A stretch of 63,724 bases of DNA, the filler included, from Octopus bimaculoides (taxonomy: Eukaryota): NCBI RefSeq assembly GCF_001194135.2. It is 6 parts of 5 records of this genome, joined end to end, with 100 filler letters (N's around TTAATTAATTAA, not from the genome) between each part and the next. Parts side by side here need not be neighbours in the genome. Positions count along the whole stretch, not along the records: positions 1 to 28,164 come from NC_068996.1; 5 more parts are not named here. One strand, given 5' to 3'. The position numbers and the translations under genes are program-made. Shown piece by piece: positions 11,768 through 25,260 of this stretch. The first letter of the stretch is position 1. Each line of letters begins with the position of its first letter. The notes below the pieces were generated by a model, which saw nothing but the letters and a program-made list of their open reading frames with translations, searched no databases and was not told the DNA's origin.

Positions 11768-11830
11768 ATCATGCTGATGATCGGAGTTAGAGTAGCTTTA
11801 TACTCTTAACCGTGAAACGTCGTACATGAT
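11768..11830 (+). ncRNA. Minimal type-I hammerhead ribozyme motif with canonical core
   Basis: ATCATG-CTGATGA-[tcggagttagagta gcttta tactcttaaccgt hairpin]-GAAACGTC-GTACATGAT. Stem I ATCATG/CATGAT is offset by 3 nt (GTA). Confidence 0.72.
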
Positions 11831-12794
11831 TAACTAAAGGCAGGTTTGTTTTTGCTTTTCTCTTCTGTTTTTGTTATGTGTGTGCCATAAATATCGCCAT
11901 CCGTTAGAGAAAAAAATTTGTAGTTTGGAATCGGTAGTTCTTTGACTGCTATTTCTAAATTTTCAGTATGTTGGTGAAGCATCTAATGGCGATCCCTATA
12001 TATTTATGATTATAAATGGTTTTACCGATAAAGGTTTTTTTCATACTGAACTNNNNNNNNNNNNNNNNNNNNNNNNNNNNNNNNNNNNNNNNNNNNNNNN
12101 NNNNNNNNNNNNNNNNNNNNNNNNNNNNNNNNNNNNNNNNNNNNNNNNNNNNNNNNNNNNNNNNNNNNNNNNNNNNNNNNNNNNNNNNNNNNNNNNNNNN
12201 NNNNNNNNNNNNNNNNNNNNNNNNNNNNNNNNNNNNNNNNNNNNNNNNNNNNNNNNNNNNNNNNNNNNNNNNNNNNNNNNNNNNNNNNNNNNNNNNNNNN
12301 NNNNNNNNNNNNNNNNNNNNNNNNNNNNNNNNNNNNNNNNNNNNNNNNNNNNNNNNNNNNNNNNNNNNNNNNNNNNNNNNNNNNNNNNNNNNNNNNNNNN
12401 NNNNNNNNNNNNNNNNNNNNNNNNNNNNNNNNNNNNNNNNNNNNNNNNNNNNNNNNNNNNNNNNNNNNNNNNNNNNNNNNNNNNNNNNNNNNNNNNNNNN
12501 NNNNNNNNNNNNNNNNNNNNNNNNNNNNNNNNNNNNNNNNNNNNNNNNNNNNNNNNNNNNNNNNNNNNNNNNNNNNNNNNNNNNNNNNNNNNNNNNNNNN
12601 NNNNNNNNNNNNNNNNNNNNNNNNNNNNNNNNNNNNNNNNNNNNNNNNNNNNNNNNNNNNNNNNNNNNNNNNNNNNNNNNNNNNNNNNNNNNNNNNNNNN
12701 NNNNNNNNNNNNNNNNNNNNNNNNNNNNNNNNNNNNNNNNNNNNNNNNNNNNNNNNNNNNNNNNNNNNNNNNNNNNNNNNNNNNNNNNNNNNNN

Positions 12795-12885
<91 letters not shown>

Positions 12886-13140
12886 TGCACACACACAAAT
12901 ACTCTTCTATTTAGCTTTTTGTACCTTGAGAGCATGCTTTGGTACCTCATTTACTCACACTCACCCTTATATAATGCAGGGTAGCCATGTATCTCCTCAA
13001 CCACAAACATATGTTCATCTCCCTTCTACAATATTTTAACTTCTAAACACCTAACATAAAGCCACCTCCCTCCTTACAATATCCTGTCTCAGTCAAGAGA
13101 ATTACATGACAACTCTAGTGAATGATGATGCCATGAAAAC

Positions 13141-13509
13141 TGGTAAGCAGCTTGCTTACCAACCACATGGTTCCGGGTTCATTCCCACTATGTGACACCT
13201 TGGGCAAGTGTCTTCTACTATAGCCTCAGGCCAACCAAAGCCTTGTGAATGGATTTGGTAGACGGAAACTGAAAGAAGCCCGTCGTATATATGTATATAT
13301 GTATGTGTGTATGTGTTTGTGTGTCTGTGTTTGTCCCCCCAATATCGCTCAACATCTGATGCTGGTGTGTTTATGTCCCTGTAACTTAGTGGTTCGTCAA
13401 AAGTGACCGATAGAATAAGTACTAGGCTTACAAAGAATAAGTCCTGGGGTCGGTTTGCTCAACTAAAGGTGGTGCTCCAGCATGGCCACAGTCAAATGAC
13501 TGAAACAAG
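13141..13509 (+). mobile_element. tRNA-derived SINE family A
   Basis: tggtaagcagcttgcttaccaaccacatggttccgggttc..gggcaagtgtcttctactatagcc..gactgaaacaag, then runs into a gap. Confidence 0.9.
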
Positions 13510-14083
13510 NNNNNNNNNNNNNNNNNNNNNNNNNNNNNNNNNNNNNNNNNNNNNNNNNNNNNNNNNNNNNNNNNNNNNNNNNNNNNNNNNNNNNNNNNNN
13601 NNNNNNNNNNNNNNNNNNNNNNNNNNNNNNNNNNNNNNNNNNNNNNNNNNNNNNNNNNNNNNNNNNNNNNNNNNNNNNNNNNNNNNNNNNNNNNNNNNNN
13701 NNNNNNNNNNNNNNNNNNNNNNNNNNNNNNNNNNNNNNNNNNNNNNNNNNNNNNNNNNNNNNNNNNNNNNNNNNNNNNNNNNNNNNNNNNNNNNNNNNNN
13801 NNNNNNNNNNNNNNNNNNNNNNNNNNNNNNNNNNNNNNNNNNNNNNNNNNNNNNNNNNNNNNNNNNNNNNNNNNNNNNNNNNNNNNNNNNNNNNNNNNNN
13901 NNNNNNNNNNNNNNNNNNNNNNNNNNNNNNNNNNNNNNNNNNNNNNNNNNNNNNNNNNNNNNNNNNNNNNTATATATATATATATATATATATATACATA
14001 CACATATATGTGTGTGTGTGTATGTATATATGTATATATCTATGCGTGTATACACACACACACACACACATATATATATACAC

Positions 14084-14459
14084 ACTTGTTTTAGTCATTA
14101 GATTGTGGTCATACTGGGGCAGTGCTTTGAAGAATTTTTAGTATAATGTATCGGCCTCTAGTTCTTACTTTTTGAAAGCCTGGTACTTATTCCATTGCTC
14201 CCTTTTTGCCAAACTGCTAGGCTACGGGGATGTAAACACACCAGCACTGGTTGCCAACTGGTGGAGGAGGGGGACAAACACAAACACACACATACACACA
14301 AGTACGACAGTCTTCTTTTAGTTTCCATCAACCAAATCCATTCATAAGGCCTTGGGTTGACCCGAGGCTATAGTGAAGATACTTGCCCAAGATGTCATGC
14401 AGTGGAACTGAATCCAGAACCATATGGTTGGGATGCAAGCTTCTTACCACACATACGCA
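14084..14459 (-). mobile_element. tRNA-derived SINE family A, older copy
   Basis: Reverse complement similarity to 27662-28048. Confidence 0.8.
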
Positions 14460-14864
14460 TATGTTTATACTGAAATGGCTGACTTGTTACGAAGTTCATG
14501 AAGCAAACCTGAGGCCCTGGGTTCAATACATCCATGTGAGATTGAGGGAAAGTGTTGTTATATTTTTTCGGTAGCCTCATGTCAACCTAAGCCTTGAGAG
14601 TGAAATATGGCAGACAAAAACTGTCATGAAGCCCGTCGCTTACAACCTCTAAACCCATAATTCAAAGTTTTTGTCTTGTCACATATTGCTGACGTTCTGT
14701 CTCTGCATGAAGATTATATTTGGAATATGATTGCCTGTGGAATATTCAGCCACTTACTCTAGATCCAAATGAGCAAGGAGCAGCCAATACCCTGGTCATG
14801 TTTAATGACAATTATAGTTTTCCTTTTTGGTAAAACATTGCACACTGCTGCCTATATTAATTTT

Positions 14865-14898
<34 letters not shown>

Positions 14899-15149
14899 TT
14901 GCAGTTAGGTAGCTAGACATGTATGTGTATTATATATGCATGTCTATATGTAGCATAAATGCATGTATGTAGGCATGGCTGTGTCTGGTTACAAAATTTG
15001 CTTTCAGTCCACTTGGATCTGGGTTCAACCACAGCATATGGCACCTTAGGCAGGTGTCTTTGACTATAGTGCCCAATCTCCCTGATTGACCAAAGTCTTC
15101 TGAATAGATTTAGTAGACAAAAACTAAAAGAAGCTTATTGTGTGTGTGC

Positions 15150-15185
<36 letters not shown>

Positions 15186-15970
15186 CTATGCATGTGTGTG
15201 TATGTGTGTATCTATGCATGTGTGTGTGTGTGAGTTAGCAGTCCCTTGTCTTCACATCACATTCGTAGTGGTCACAGAAATGTCTCTGACGAACCAGCAA
15301 TGTCCTGTGAAAATGTGTCTAGCTATGGGAAAATATCAATTTGGGAACAGGTGAGGGTTGGTAACAGAAAGGTAATCCGACTGTAGAGAATCTCTCTGAC
15401 TCATGCAAGCATGGAAAAGTGGATGTTAAAATCATGGTGATAATGATGATCATGTATACTTCTCCATATGTTTGTGTATATACGAATGCATGCATAAATG
15501 TATGTAATATAACTTGTATATGTATGGAAGGATTAATATATGTGTATGCATTTATGTATTCATACATGTGTGTGTGTGCATGACTGCATTCATGTGTTTG
15601 CATGTGTACGATTAGAAGTATATATATATATATATATATGTCTGTCTGACTATCTATCTGACTATATCTATCTGTCTGTCTGACTGTTTGTCTGTCTGAC
15701 TGTCTGTCTGTCTATCTATTTATACGTAACATATTTTCATTTCTGTTTAAACATATGTGTCTCTTTCTTTTGATGTATATAAGTTCTTACAAGGATTCAA
15801 TCTGGTAGCAAAGAAAGCAGCCAAACTGCTTCGTTTGAGTCAAAACAGCTCAAAGGAATCTGTGAATATGCGCATGTTAGTTAATAGGTGAATATATGAA
15901 TATATATATATATATATATATATATACTTACATATAAGAGACAAAGTGTATGTATGCCGCTATATACATA

Positions 15971-16090
15971 TAAATAAGACAAAATGGGACAAGAACACAA
16001 AACATCCGTCTACCTGGATGTTTTGTTGTCCCTTTCTTGTATCACCTAATTGTTTGGATGTTTTGCGTTCTTGTCCCATTTTGTATTATT

Positions 16091-16092
<2 letters not shown>
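15971..16092. mobile_element. Short foldback MITE (~37-bp TIRs, TA ends; Tc1/mariner-type)
   Basis: taaataagacaaaatgggacaagaacacaaaacatcc / ggatgttttgcgttcttgtcccattttgtattattta. Confidence 0.8.
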
Positions 16093-16136
<44 letters not shown>

Positions 16137-16526
16137 TGTGTGTGTGTAAATACATGTGTGCATGACTGTCTAGTACATGTGATGCGTATGTATGTACTCC
16201 GTTTTTATGTTGTGCATAAATGTTTAAATGGGTATGCATATGTGTTTGTGTACACACACACATATATATATATATATACATACATGTATGGACCATCCTC
16301 ATTTTAACAACCACTCTTCAATGCTTGCATGGATCAGGTGGAGTTTATTGAGGCAGATTTTCTATAGCCAGATGCCTTTCCTGTTGCTAACTCTCGCCTA
16401 TTTCTACGCAAGGCAATATTTCCTTCATGACCAGACATGTTCTCACAGAATAGGGGGAAATGAATAGCACTGTCTGCATGGCAGTGATAACCAATCTACA
16501 ACTATCATGTAATGTTGAGACAAGGA

Positions 16527-16567
<41 letters not shown>

Positions 16568-17732
16568 CAGGCCATAGAAAATCTGTCACGCATAAACTGT
16601 GTCCAACCCATACAAGCATGCAACAATTGGATGTTAAGTAATGATGATGATGATATTCATGCACACACACAAACATATATAGATGTACACACACTCGCAC
16701 GCACATGCACACACATATATAAATATGGTGACCTTCTTTTAGTTTCTGTCTACCAAATCCATTCACAAGACTTTTGTCATCCTGGGGCTGTTCTAGAAGA
16801 CACTTCCTTGTAGTGCCATCACACAAAGGGAATGAACCTGAGACTATGTGGTAGGGAACCAAACTTCTCATATATATCAATGGCAGCTGTTAATCTTGCA
16901 AAAATCCTGGATTTACAACTGCAAAGTCATTTTGCAGTATGCTGATAGAGCAACATCTGTCATGATTCAAGTCCAGTGTAACCAAACCTTTTTAATATCC
17001 AGGCCAAACTTGGAATTTTTTTTTTTTTTTACCAGGAGACAGCACCAAATCAATTAATAAAACAAGTCAATTATAGAAAAATGTATTTCATTTATAGAGG
17101 GAAGTTCATCAGGGGCTGCCAGAAGAATGTTTGAGGGCCGCGTGTGAACTTGGAAGTTGCACTTGAGAACTGCGGTTTTCCAGAAGACACTCATGCTGGA
17201 GTGACGACTGCAGCTGCATCAACTCCATTTCAAGACACTACTTGTCAGTTTTCAGTCTGACACTGTTTTTTTTTCTTTTTCTGATGAGTTCACCTGTCTT
17301 CAACAACAAGCCATTTGTTGTGTCATTTCAGTTAGGCAATGCTGGAGTGTCCTCCACAGGGTTCAAGGCCTGTGCAAGATTGTTATGACAGACAAGCAGC
17401 TGCCCACCCCATAAGCCTCTCTTCTGCTCAGCAGCAATGTTGTACAATGAATAAGAAATTACCACATATGGCTCGGGTGCAGTGTTGTCAGAGGCCTGGA
17501 GGGAAACCCAGCTCTAAATTCATCCTCAAAGTTTCCTTTCTCTTAGATGGATTGACGAGGTCAGCAGTTGTAATTGATTAATAGAGGCTGTCTCAGATAT
17601 CTGCCATGATAGATGAAGGCATTTTTTAGATAGCAGAAGCTTAACATGAGATTCCTTTGGCTTTACAATCTAAGAACACACACACACACACACTACGTCC
17701 TCACTTTGTTGTTTTTTTGTTATTGTTTTTTT

Positions 17733-17776
<44 letters not shown>

Positions 17777-17787
17777 TGTGTGTGTAA

Positions 17788-18117
17788 GGGTGAAGCCCCC
17801 CTTTGGTCATGAATGACTATGGGATTGCACCGAGAAAGTTCCCTTCTGAGGCACAAATCCAGGCAAGGTTGTTTGTGGAAGACCAGCAATCACCCATGCA
17901 TCCCGGCCTCCCCTCTCAACACCACTGATGTTATCCAAGGGAAAGGCAAAGGTTGATACAGTTTGGCACCAGTGACATCACAACTCATTTCTGCAACTGA
18001 GTGAACTGAAGCAACGTGAAATAAAGTGTGTTGCTCAAGAACACAACACACAGCCCAATCCGGGAATTGAACTCACTACCTTGTGATTGTGAGCTTGATG
18101 CTCTAACCACAGAGTCA
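17788..18117 (-). mobile_element. SINE family C variant
   Basis: Shares actcatttc..ctgagtg.actg.agcaacgtgaaataaagtgt..tgctcaaga and the reverse tRNA-like head with 5560-5876. Confidence 0.7.
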
Positions 18118-18425
18118 TATTCTGTACTGGTTCTTTTCTCTCGTACTTCACCCCTCTCTAATCTCCATCTCCCCTTCTATAATAAGGTTTCCCCACTTGG
18201 GATTCTTCATCTTAGAAGCTGCATTTCAACCTGATCAAGGCTGGAGCCATGAAGAAAGCACCCAGTACCCACCGTAGAATGGTTGGCATTAAGAAAGCCA
18301 TTCCTCTGTAGAAACCATGCTACAGTAGATGCTGGAGTACAATGCAGTCCTCGGACACATCGGATCCTGTCAAACTGTCTGGCCCACAACAGTATGGTAT
18401 ATAGACATTAAATAAATATGACATA

Positions 18426-18472
<47 letters not shown>

Positions 18473-19344
18473 TCACCATCATCATTTAGCATCCATTATG
18501 ATGATGATAATATATATCATCATATTTATTCAATGTCCGTTTATATACATGAATGATATGTATATATATATATATATATATCATTCATATCACCAAATAA
18601 TAGAATTTCTAGCCATTTGGAAACACACAGTTATAATCACTGTTAGTTTACTTTGTGAGGTACCAAAATTTTGTTCCAATCGTTCTAACCAGGCCACTAG
18701 TCACAGTACATGGCAACATGAACGTATGCCAGGAGCAGACTGAGAGTATTAAGGGCTGTCAGGCTTAACTGTTTACCGAGCCCCTTTGAATGTGTGTTTT
18801 AATACAGTTAACATGTAAGGTGTGAACCCCTCAGAGTTCCAGGCCCTCAGATAGTGCCTGATTGACTGACGGCTCAGTCCACCCCGATGTATGCATATTC
18901 AGCATATATGTATATACATTATATATATATATATATATATATACAGCCACATCTACTTTATATCCATATATATTAATGTATATGCAGGCACCCCTACATG
19001 TATATATAAATGTATACAAAATATATATATATATATATATATACAGCCACATCTACTTTATATCCATATATATTAATGTATATGCAGGCACCCCTACATG
19101 TNNNNNNNNNNNNNNNNNNNNNNNNNNNNNNNNNNNNNNNNNNNNNNNNNNNNNNNNNNNNNNNNNNNNNTGAATATGAAAATTTAAAAGTTTAAAAACC
19201 TTATGATATAAATATAAACTGTGAGAACGACCCTTAAGGAATCTAATTAATGATCTCCTAAGGTAAGTTCTTATGCTATATTGGTAACGGTTGCTACATC
19301 CTCTGGGAAAAAAATTATTATATATATATATATATGGGAGAATA

Positions 19345-19500
19345 TACAAAAAATAACAACAGACGAGGACAGGTGGTGTAAATAACAAAAGTATATATTA
19401 GTATGACGCTCGGGAATACGGAAAGTCTTTGACGTTTCGAGCTACGCTCTTCAACAGAAAGAATACGGAGACAAGGAGAAAAACACGGAGAAAAAAAATT
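19345..19500 (-). mobile_element. Penelope-type terminal-repeat fragment, best preserved copy
   Basis: Homologous to 1862-2030 and 62903-63030; contains the hammerhead at 19426-19462. Confidence 0.6.
19426..19462 (-). ncRNA. Minimal type-I hammerhead ribozyme motif with variant core CUGUUGA
   Basis: Minus strand: TCTTT-CTGTTGA-A-GAGC(GTA)GCTC-GAAACGTC-AAAGA. Perfect 5-bp stem I, 4-bp stem II and palindromic ACGT. Confidence 0.68.
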
Positions 19501-19703
19501 GAATAGTGTTCAGTCAACGGTATTCCCAAGAAAACACACTTCATTATTGTCAACCCATATACATCTCATCCAACAATCAGAGTAGAAACAACTATCAATG
19601 AGCAGACAAGGACATTTAAATATGTGTATGTGTCTGCATGTATACATGTATATATTTTAGATTGTGTGTGTCAGCATAGCCCACGAATGTTGAATAATGA
19701 TGA

Positions 19704-19737
<34 letters not shown>

Positions 19738-19885
19738 CACACACACACACACATACGTATACTTAAATAGCCATTTATGTAAATATGTGTATACATGTGT
19801 TTGTGTATGCATGTATGTACATTCAACATACATTTTTAAAGCATAGAATGTGTAAACCATTGTCTGTGCCGTTGAAGTTAAAGGA

Positions 19886-19945
<60 letters not shown>

Positions 19946-19960
19946 AAGTAGGTAGGTAGG

Positions 19961-19995
<35 letters not shown>

Positions 19996-21187
19996 CTGTA
20001 TGCGTGTGAATCTGTGCGCATGTGTGCGTGTGTGAGTATGTGTGTTTGTGAATGTGTATTTGTGTCATTCACCTATACGTCAAATGGATATGATGAGGTA
20101 ATGCTTCACTAAAAATGAAGGCCTATTTTCCGTAGCATCAGGATTTCCCACTGCCTGTCTCTTACATCACATGTATTATTACACGTAGCGTAAACATTCC
20201 GAAACAATCACACACACGCTCACAGCACACACATTCGTGCATGCACACACGCACATAGTGAGTGGGTGAGTCGATATGGGGAAACAGAAAGTGAAAGTAG
20301 AATACACGTACATGTGTAACGCACGCACACAAACATACACTCGTACGCGCGCGGATGCATACATAAATACAGAGAATAAAAGATCGAGATAGATACAGAG
20401 AGAGGGAGAGAGTGGGGGAATTAGATATGTGTCAGTGAGTGTGGCCGCACCATTATACGGACTCACCAGTATGCGGACAGTAAACAAAAGGGATTGCCCC
20501 AAACCACAAATCTGCTTCCGTGGTGAATAAATTTCATTTTTATTGTTTGTATAGGAATTCTTCACTAAATGTATATGAAATAAACTGATATCTTTACCTT
20601 TTTTCGAGACAATATTTTTTTGAATTCTACACGTCTATATTTTTCAGTTAAATGTTTTTTTCCGCATGGATTAAAAATTAACTTCCTCAGTTAAAATTAA
20701 ATTTTAATAGATTTTTACCGACCACATATATTTTCTGTGTTTAGATCTACGAAATAACATCATATAAATGGCTTATTACTCCTTCGTCTCTTTATTATTC
20801 AAATAAAAGCGGCTAAAAATGTGAGACTTAATATCACAAACCACCATAATCCAAACTGTTGAATTTTTATCCCACCTGATGACAGGCAAACACGTAGTTT
20901 ATGAAGCATAAAAAATAAAAATAATAACGTTTACCATATTATTTTAACTTCATCGAAAATATGAATTTCTTTCCCTCTCTCTACCAAATTTCAAAGAATT
21001 TTAATATATCTAAAGTATCATAAATTCAATACATTTCACTCGTATTTCATAAATGAATGAAAGAATAATATAATTCGCGCATTTGTACATATTATTCTAT
21101 TATAAAAAATATTCACTGCCCTGGCAGGTAAATATTTTTATAAATGCCAGGTAAATAGCAACACAATACAGAATAATACTCTCTCTA

Positions 21188-21264
<77 letters not shown>

Positions 21265-22539
21265 GTCTCTTTCTTTCTAATATATTGTTTAACGATATGC
21301 CTATATTTGTCAAAAGCTTTCAATGCTAAACGATATTTGCTGCTATAACTGAGAGGTGATATATAAATTGATGGATAATACGTAAACGGACACGGGTGCT
21401 GTGACACTTTGCATGGCAGGTACATTAACAGCTCTCCAGATATGCCATTTCCACTTTCAGAGGTGACTATCAACCATAATTTGGTAATGGTGACGGCGAT
21501 CAAATAACGAAAAATNNNNNNNNNNNNNNNNNNNNNNNNNNNNNNNNNNNNNNNNNNNNNNNNNNNNNNNNNNNNNNNNNNNNNNNNNNNNNNNNNNNNN
21601 NNNNNNNNNNNNNNNNNNNNNNNNNNNNNNNNNNNNNNNNNNNNNNNNNNNNNNNNNNNNNNNNNNNNNNNNNNNNNNNNNNNNNNNNNNNNNNNNNNNN
21701 NNNNNNNNNNNNNNNNNNNNNNNNNNNNNNNNNNNNNNNNNNNNNNNNNNNNNNNNNNNNNNNNNNNNNNNNNNNNNNNNNNNNNNNNNNNNNNNNNNNN
21801 NNNNNNNNNNNNNNNNNNNNNNNNNNNNNNNNNNNNNNNNNNNNNNNNNNNNNNNNNNNNNNNNNNNNNNNNNNNNNNNNNNNNNNNNNNNNNNNNNNNN
21901 NNNNNNNNNNNNNNNNNNNNNNNNNNNNNNNATATATATATATATATATAAATGTGGATACATCTTTGTGTGCAAAGAGTGTGTGTATGTAGCCATGTCC
22001 AAATTCTTTATATATATATGAATGAATGAATGTATGTATGTACGTCAATACGTGTTTAAATAAATATTGTAAACATACCTATATATATCTACATCGATAT
22101 ATGTATTTGAAAAATAATAATTCTAATTATTAAACATATTTTTCAGTGTGTGTGTGTGTGTGTGTGTGCGTTTCTTTTTACTCAGAATCGTCTGTTCTGG
22201 TTAATAAGGAAGAGGATTACATGTATAGAAAAAGAAGTACACACGAAGACATACAAACAAATGTATATTATTATTTATACGCTCACAATGTATATGAAGA
22301 ACATACGTATATACATACACATACGTACACGCAAGACTGGGTAGCTAGGAGAGGGTTTTGTTGAATAAATCACATAGATAGAGGATGGATGAATGAATGA
22401 ATGAATGAATGGATAAAAGATCGGTTGAAAGAATAGCTCAATTAAACAATCAATATAATCAAAATACAAAATACGAGTACACTGTCGGCAGAAATTAGTG
22501 GTTCCATTCGACAAAATTAATGATACATATATATATGTA

Positions 22540-22768
<229 letters not shown>

Positions 22769-22844
22769 ACACACATATACGTGTAGGTATATATATATGC
22801 ATGTATGTATAAAAAGAGAGGCAAACAGAGGAGTTGTAACTTAC

Positions 22845-23069
22845 AGGTGATATATAAGTAAATCCGCTTCTTTTGGCAAGTTCCTTTGCCACTGGTATGC
22901 CGCCTTCGCCATGGAGTTGAACGTACCAAGAATTGGTGATTACCTCGTCGGATCCTATAGACTGGACCTCGGCAATTGGTTGACACAAGATGAACAACAA
23001 GAAGATGTGCATCAACAAGCCGGCAACCATTTTCCCGTTTCTCATACAACTTGAACCAGAGAGAGACAT
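22845..23069 (-). CDS. First coding exon (75 codons) of a subtilisin/kexin proprotein convertase: signal peptide plus N-terminal S8 pro-domain; best guess neuroendocrine convertase 2 (PC2/PCSK2-like), furin/PC1 not excluded
   Basis: Translation MSLSGSSCMRNGKMVAGLLMHIFLLFILCQPIAEVQSIGSDEVITNSWYVQLHGEGGIPVAKELAKRSGFTYISP. A hydrophobic signal-like stretch is followed by xTNxW/FxVxL...GG...A..LAKRxGF, the pattern of convertase pro-domains (AKRxGF recalls invertebrate PC2). The ORF loses sense exactly at a phase-0 GTAAGT donor (+ strand acttac 22839-22844). Met9 or Met14 may be the real start. Confidence 0.82.
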
Positions 23070-24228
23070 AACTGCAGCAGCTTCGCTTGTGCTTTAGTGC
23101 GGCTAAATAACACTTTACCTTTTAAAAATTAATGTTATTAATATTGATATTGATAATAATAATAATGATCTAATGTGAATGCTGTTGTTGTTGTTGTTGT
23201 GCTTATTCGTTTCTGTTATATTTTTGTTGTTTTTTGCGTAGCCCTCGCTTTTAATTGGCGGTGTTTCTGTTGAAAATTCTTGACTAGGGCAGAAGTGGAA
23301 AGGAAAAAAAATGTATGTTGAAATGTTCTTTTTTTTTTTCTTTTCTTAAGGAGACATCATTGTTAAAGCAAATGTTTTGGGAAGTATGTACTCGGAGAAG
23401 TAAAAAGGAAAATATTTCGAGGAGAAAAACGAATAAACCAGCTGTTTGACGTTGTAAGCTACATGTAGATGTGTATATTGTCACAGCACATAACGCAACT
23501 GTTCAATGAATAACCACACGAGAAAGAGAAAGAGGGTGAGAGAGAGAGAGAGAGGAAGATAATGTGTGAGAGTGGGAGAGAGAAAGGAGGAGAATGAGTG
23601 AGCGAGTGTGAGTGAGAGGCAATATCAATGAGAGAAAGAGGAGGTAACAGCAACCAGAAGAGAAAAAAAATATACGGGAAATATATATGTATATTAGATG
23701 TAAATATACATATATCTATACATATATATATCTATAATCCTAAATATTAATAAATATAAATCTGCATATATATTTATATATTTTTTAGCTTAATTAATTG
23801 AAACTAATGAAGATGAAATAGTTTTCATAGACACATATTTTTCGAACACGTTTAAAAGGAATNNNNNNNNNNNNNNNNNNNNNNNNNNNNNNNNNNNNNN
23901 NNNNNNNNNNNNNNNNNNNNNNNNNNNNNNNNNNNNNNNNNNNNNNNNNNNNNNNNNNNNNNNNNNNNNNNNNNNNNNNNNNNNNNNNNNNNNNNNNNNN
24001 NNNNNNNNNNNNNNNNNNNNNNNNNNNNNNNNNNNNNNNNNNNNNNNNNNNNNNNNNNNNNNNNNNNNNNNNNNNNNNNNNNNNNNNNNNNNNNNNNNNN
24101 NNNNNNNNNNNNNNNNNNNNNNNNNNNNNNNNNNNNNNNNNNNNNNNNNNNNNNNNNNNNNNNNNNNNNNNNNNNNNNNNNNNNNNNNNNNCAATATAAT
24201 TTCTACCAACTAAATAACGTGAATTTAT

Positions 24229-24280
<52 letters not shown>

Positions 24281-24439
24281 CTATGTATGTATGTGTGTAT
24301 ATGCAATGGGCTGGCACTCGGCACTCTTCTCACGTACTTTGGTTGGTTGCCGTAGGTCGAAGAAATGCTCCTGTCATTTGGTTGGCTATCAGACATAAGT
24401 ATCACCCTTAATTCTTGCAGTTGAATTGAGGGACGGACA

Positions 24440-25083
24440 ACTTTATTCTTCGCCTTCTTCGTTGTTCTTCTTCACCTCCTCATCTTCTTTCCTCCTCATT
24501 CTTCTTCTTCTTCTTCTTCTTCTTCTTCTTCTTCTTCTTCTTCTTCTTCTTCTTCTTCGTCTTCTTCTTCGCCCACTTTTTTTCTTTTTTCTTTTTTCTT
24601 CTTTTTTCTTTTTTCTTCTTTTACTTGGCCTTCTTTCTCTTTTTCCTTCTTTTTCTCTTCTTTCTTTCTTCATCTTTTTCTTTTCCTTTCTCCTTCATCT
24701 TTTCTTTTTCTTTTCTTCATTTTGTTTCTTTTTTCTCTCTCATTCATGTTTTCTTTCTTTTTCGTTTCCTTACTTTTTCATCTTCATTCTTCGTTCTTTC
24801 ACCCTCCTTCATCTCCTTCATACTTCTTCCTCATTCTTTTTTGTTTCTCTTTTGTCTTCTTCGTTTTTCCTTCATTATCCTGTCTCTTTCTCATTCTTCT
24901 TCCTCAACATTTTCCTTCTTTCTTCTCTATTCTTCTTTCCCGTCCTCTTTTTACTTCTCATTCCTCTCTCTTTTTCTTTTCTTCTTCTTCTCTTCCTCCT
25001 CTTCTTCTTCGTCTTCTTTCTTTTCTTCTTTTCGTAATTCTTCGTCTTCTTTTCCCCACCCAATTCATTCAACCTCTTTCACC

Positions 25084-25139
<56 letters not shown>

Positions 25140-25260
25140 CATTGTCATAATCTTTATCATCATCATCATCATCACCATCATCATCACCATCATCATTGTC
25201 ATAATCTTTATTATCATCATCATCATCATCATCATCGTCGTCATCATTGTCGTCGTGGTC
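24440..25260. repeat. Pyrimidine-rich (TTC)n/(CT) low-complexity tract followed by (CAT)n
   Basis: Directly visible. Confidence 0.95.

Noticed and set aside
17090-17660. GC-richer block in the putative intron examined as convertase exon 2
   Set aside because: Stops occur in the plausible frames and no HFxH or RxRR-like motif is present.
18895-19101. Direct duplication of a ~115-bp unit just before a gap
   Set aside because: Microsatellite-bounded, essentially identical and gap-adjacent; likely an assembly artefact or trivial slippage.
20467-20564. Possible minus-strand cassette exon (..CATTTAG|TGAAG...ATACTG|GTGAGT)
   Set aside because: It is 98 nt, would begin with TGA in the convertase frame, and has no pro-domain similarity. 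Splice-like motifs of this quality arise by chance; a poison exon cannot be supported without RNA data.
24301-24425. Unique island ~1.3 kb upstream of the ATG as the core promoter
   Set aside because: Only weak CCAAT-like and CACGT matches, no TATA or Inr evidence, and the transcription start is unknown.
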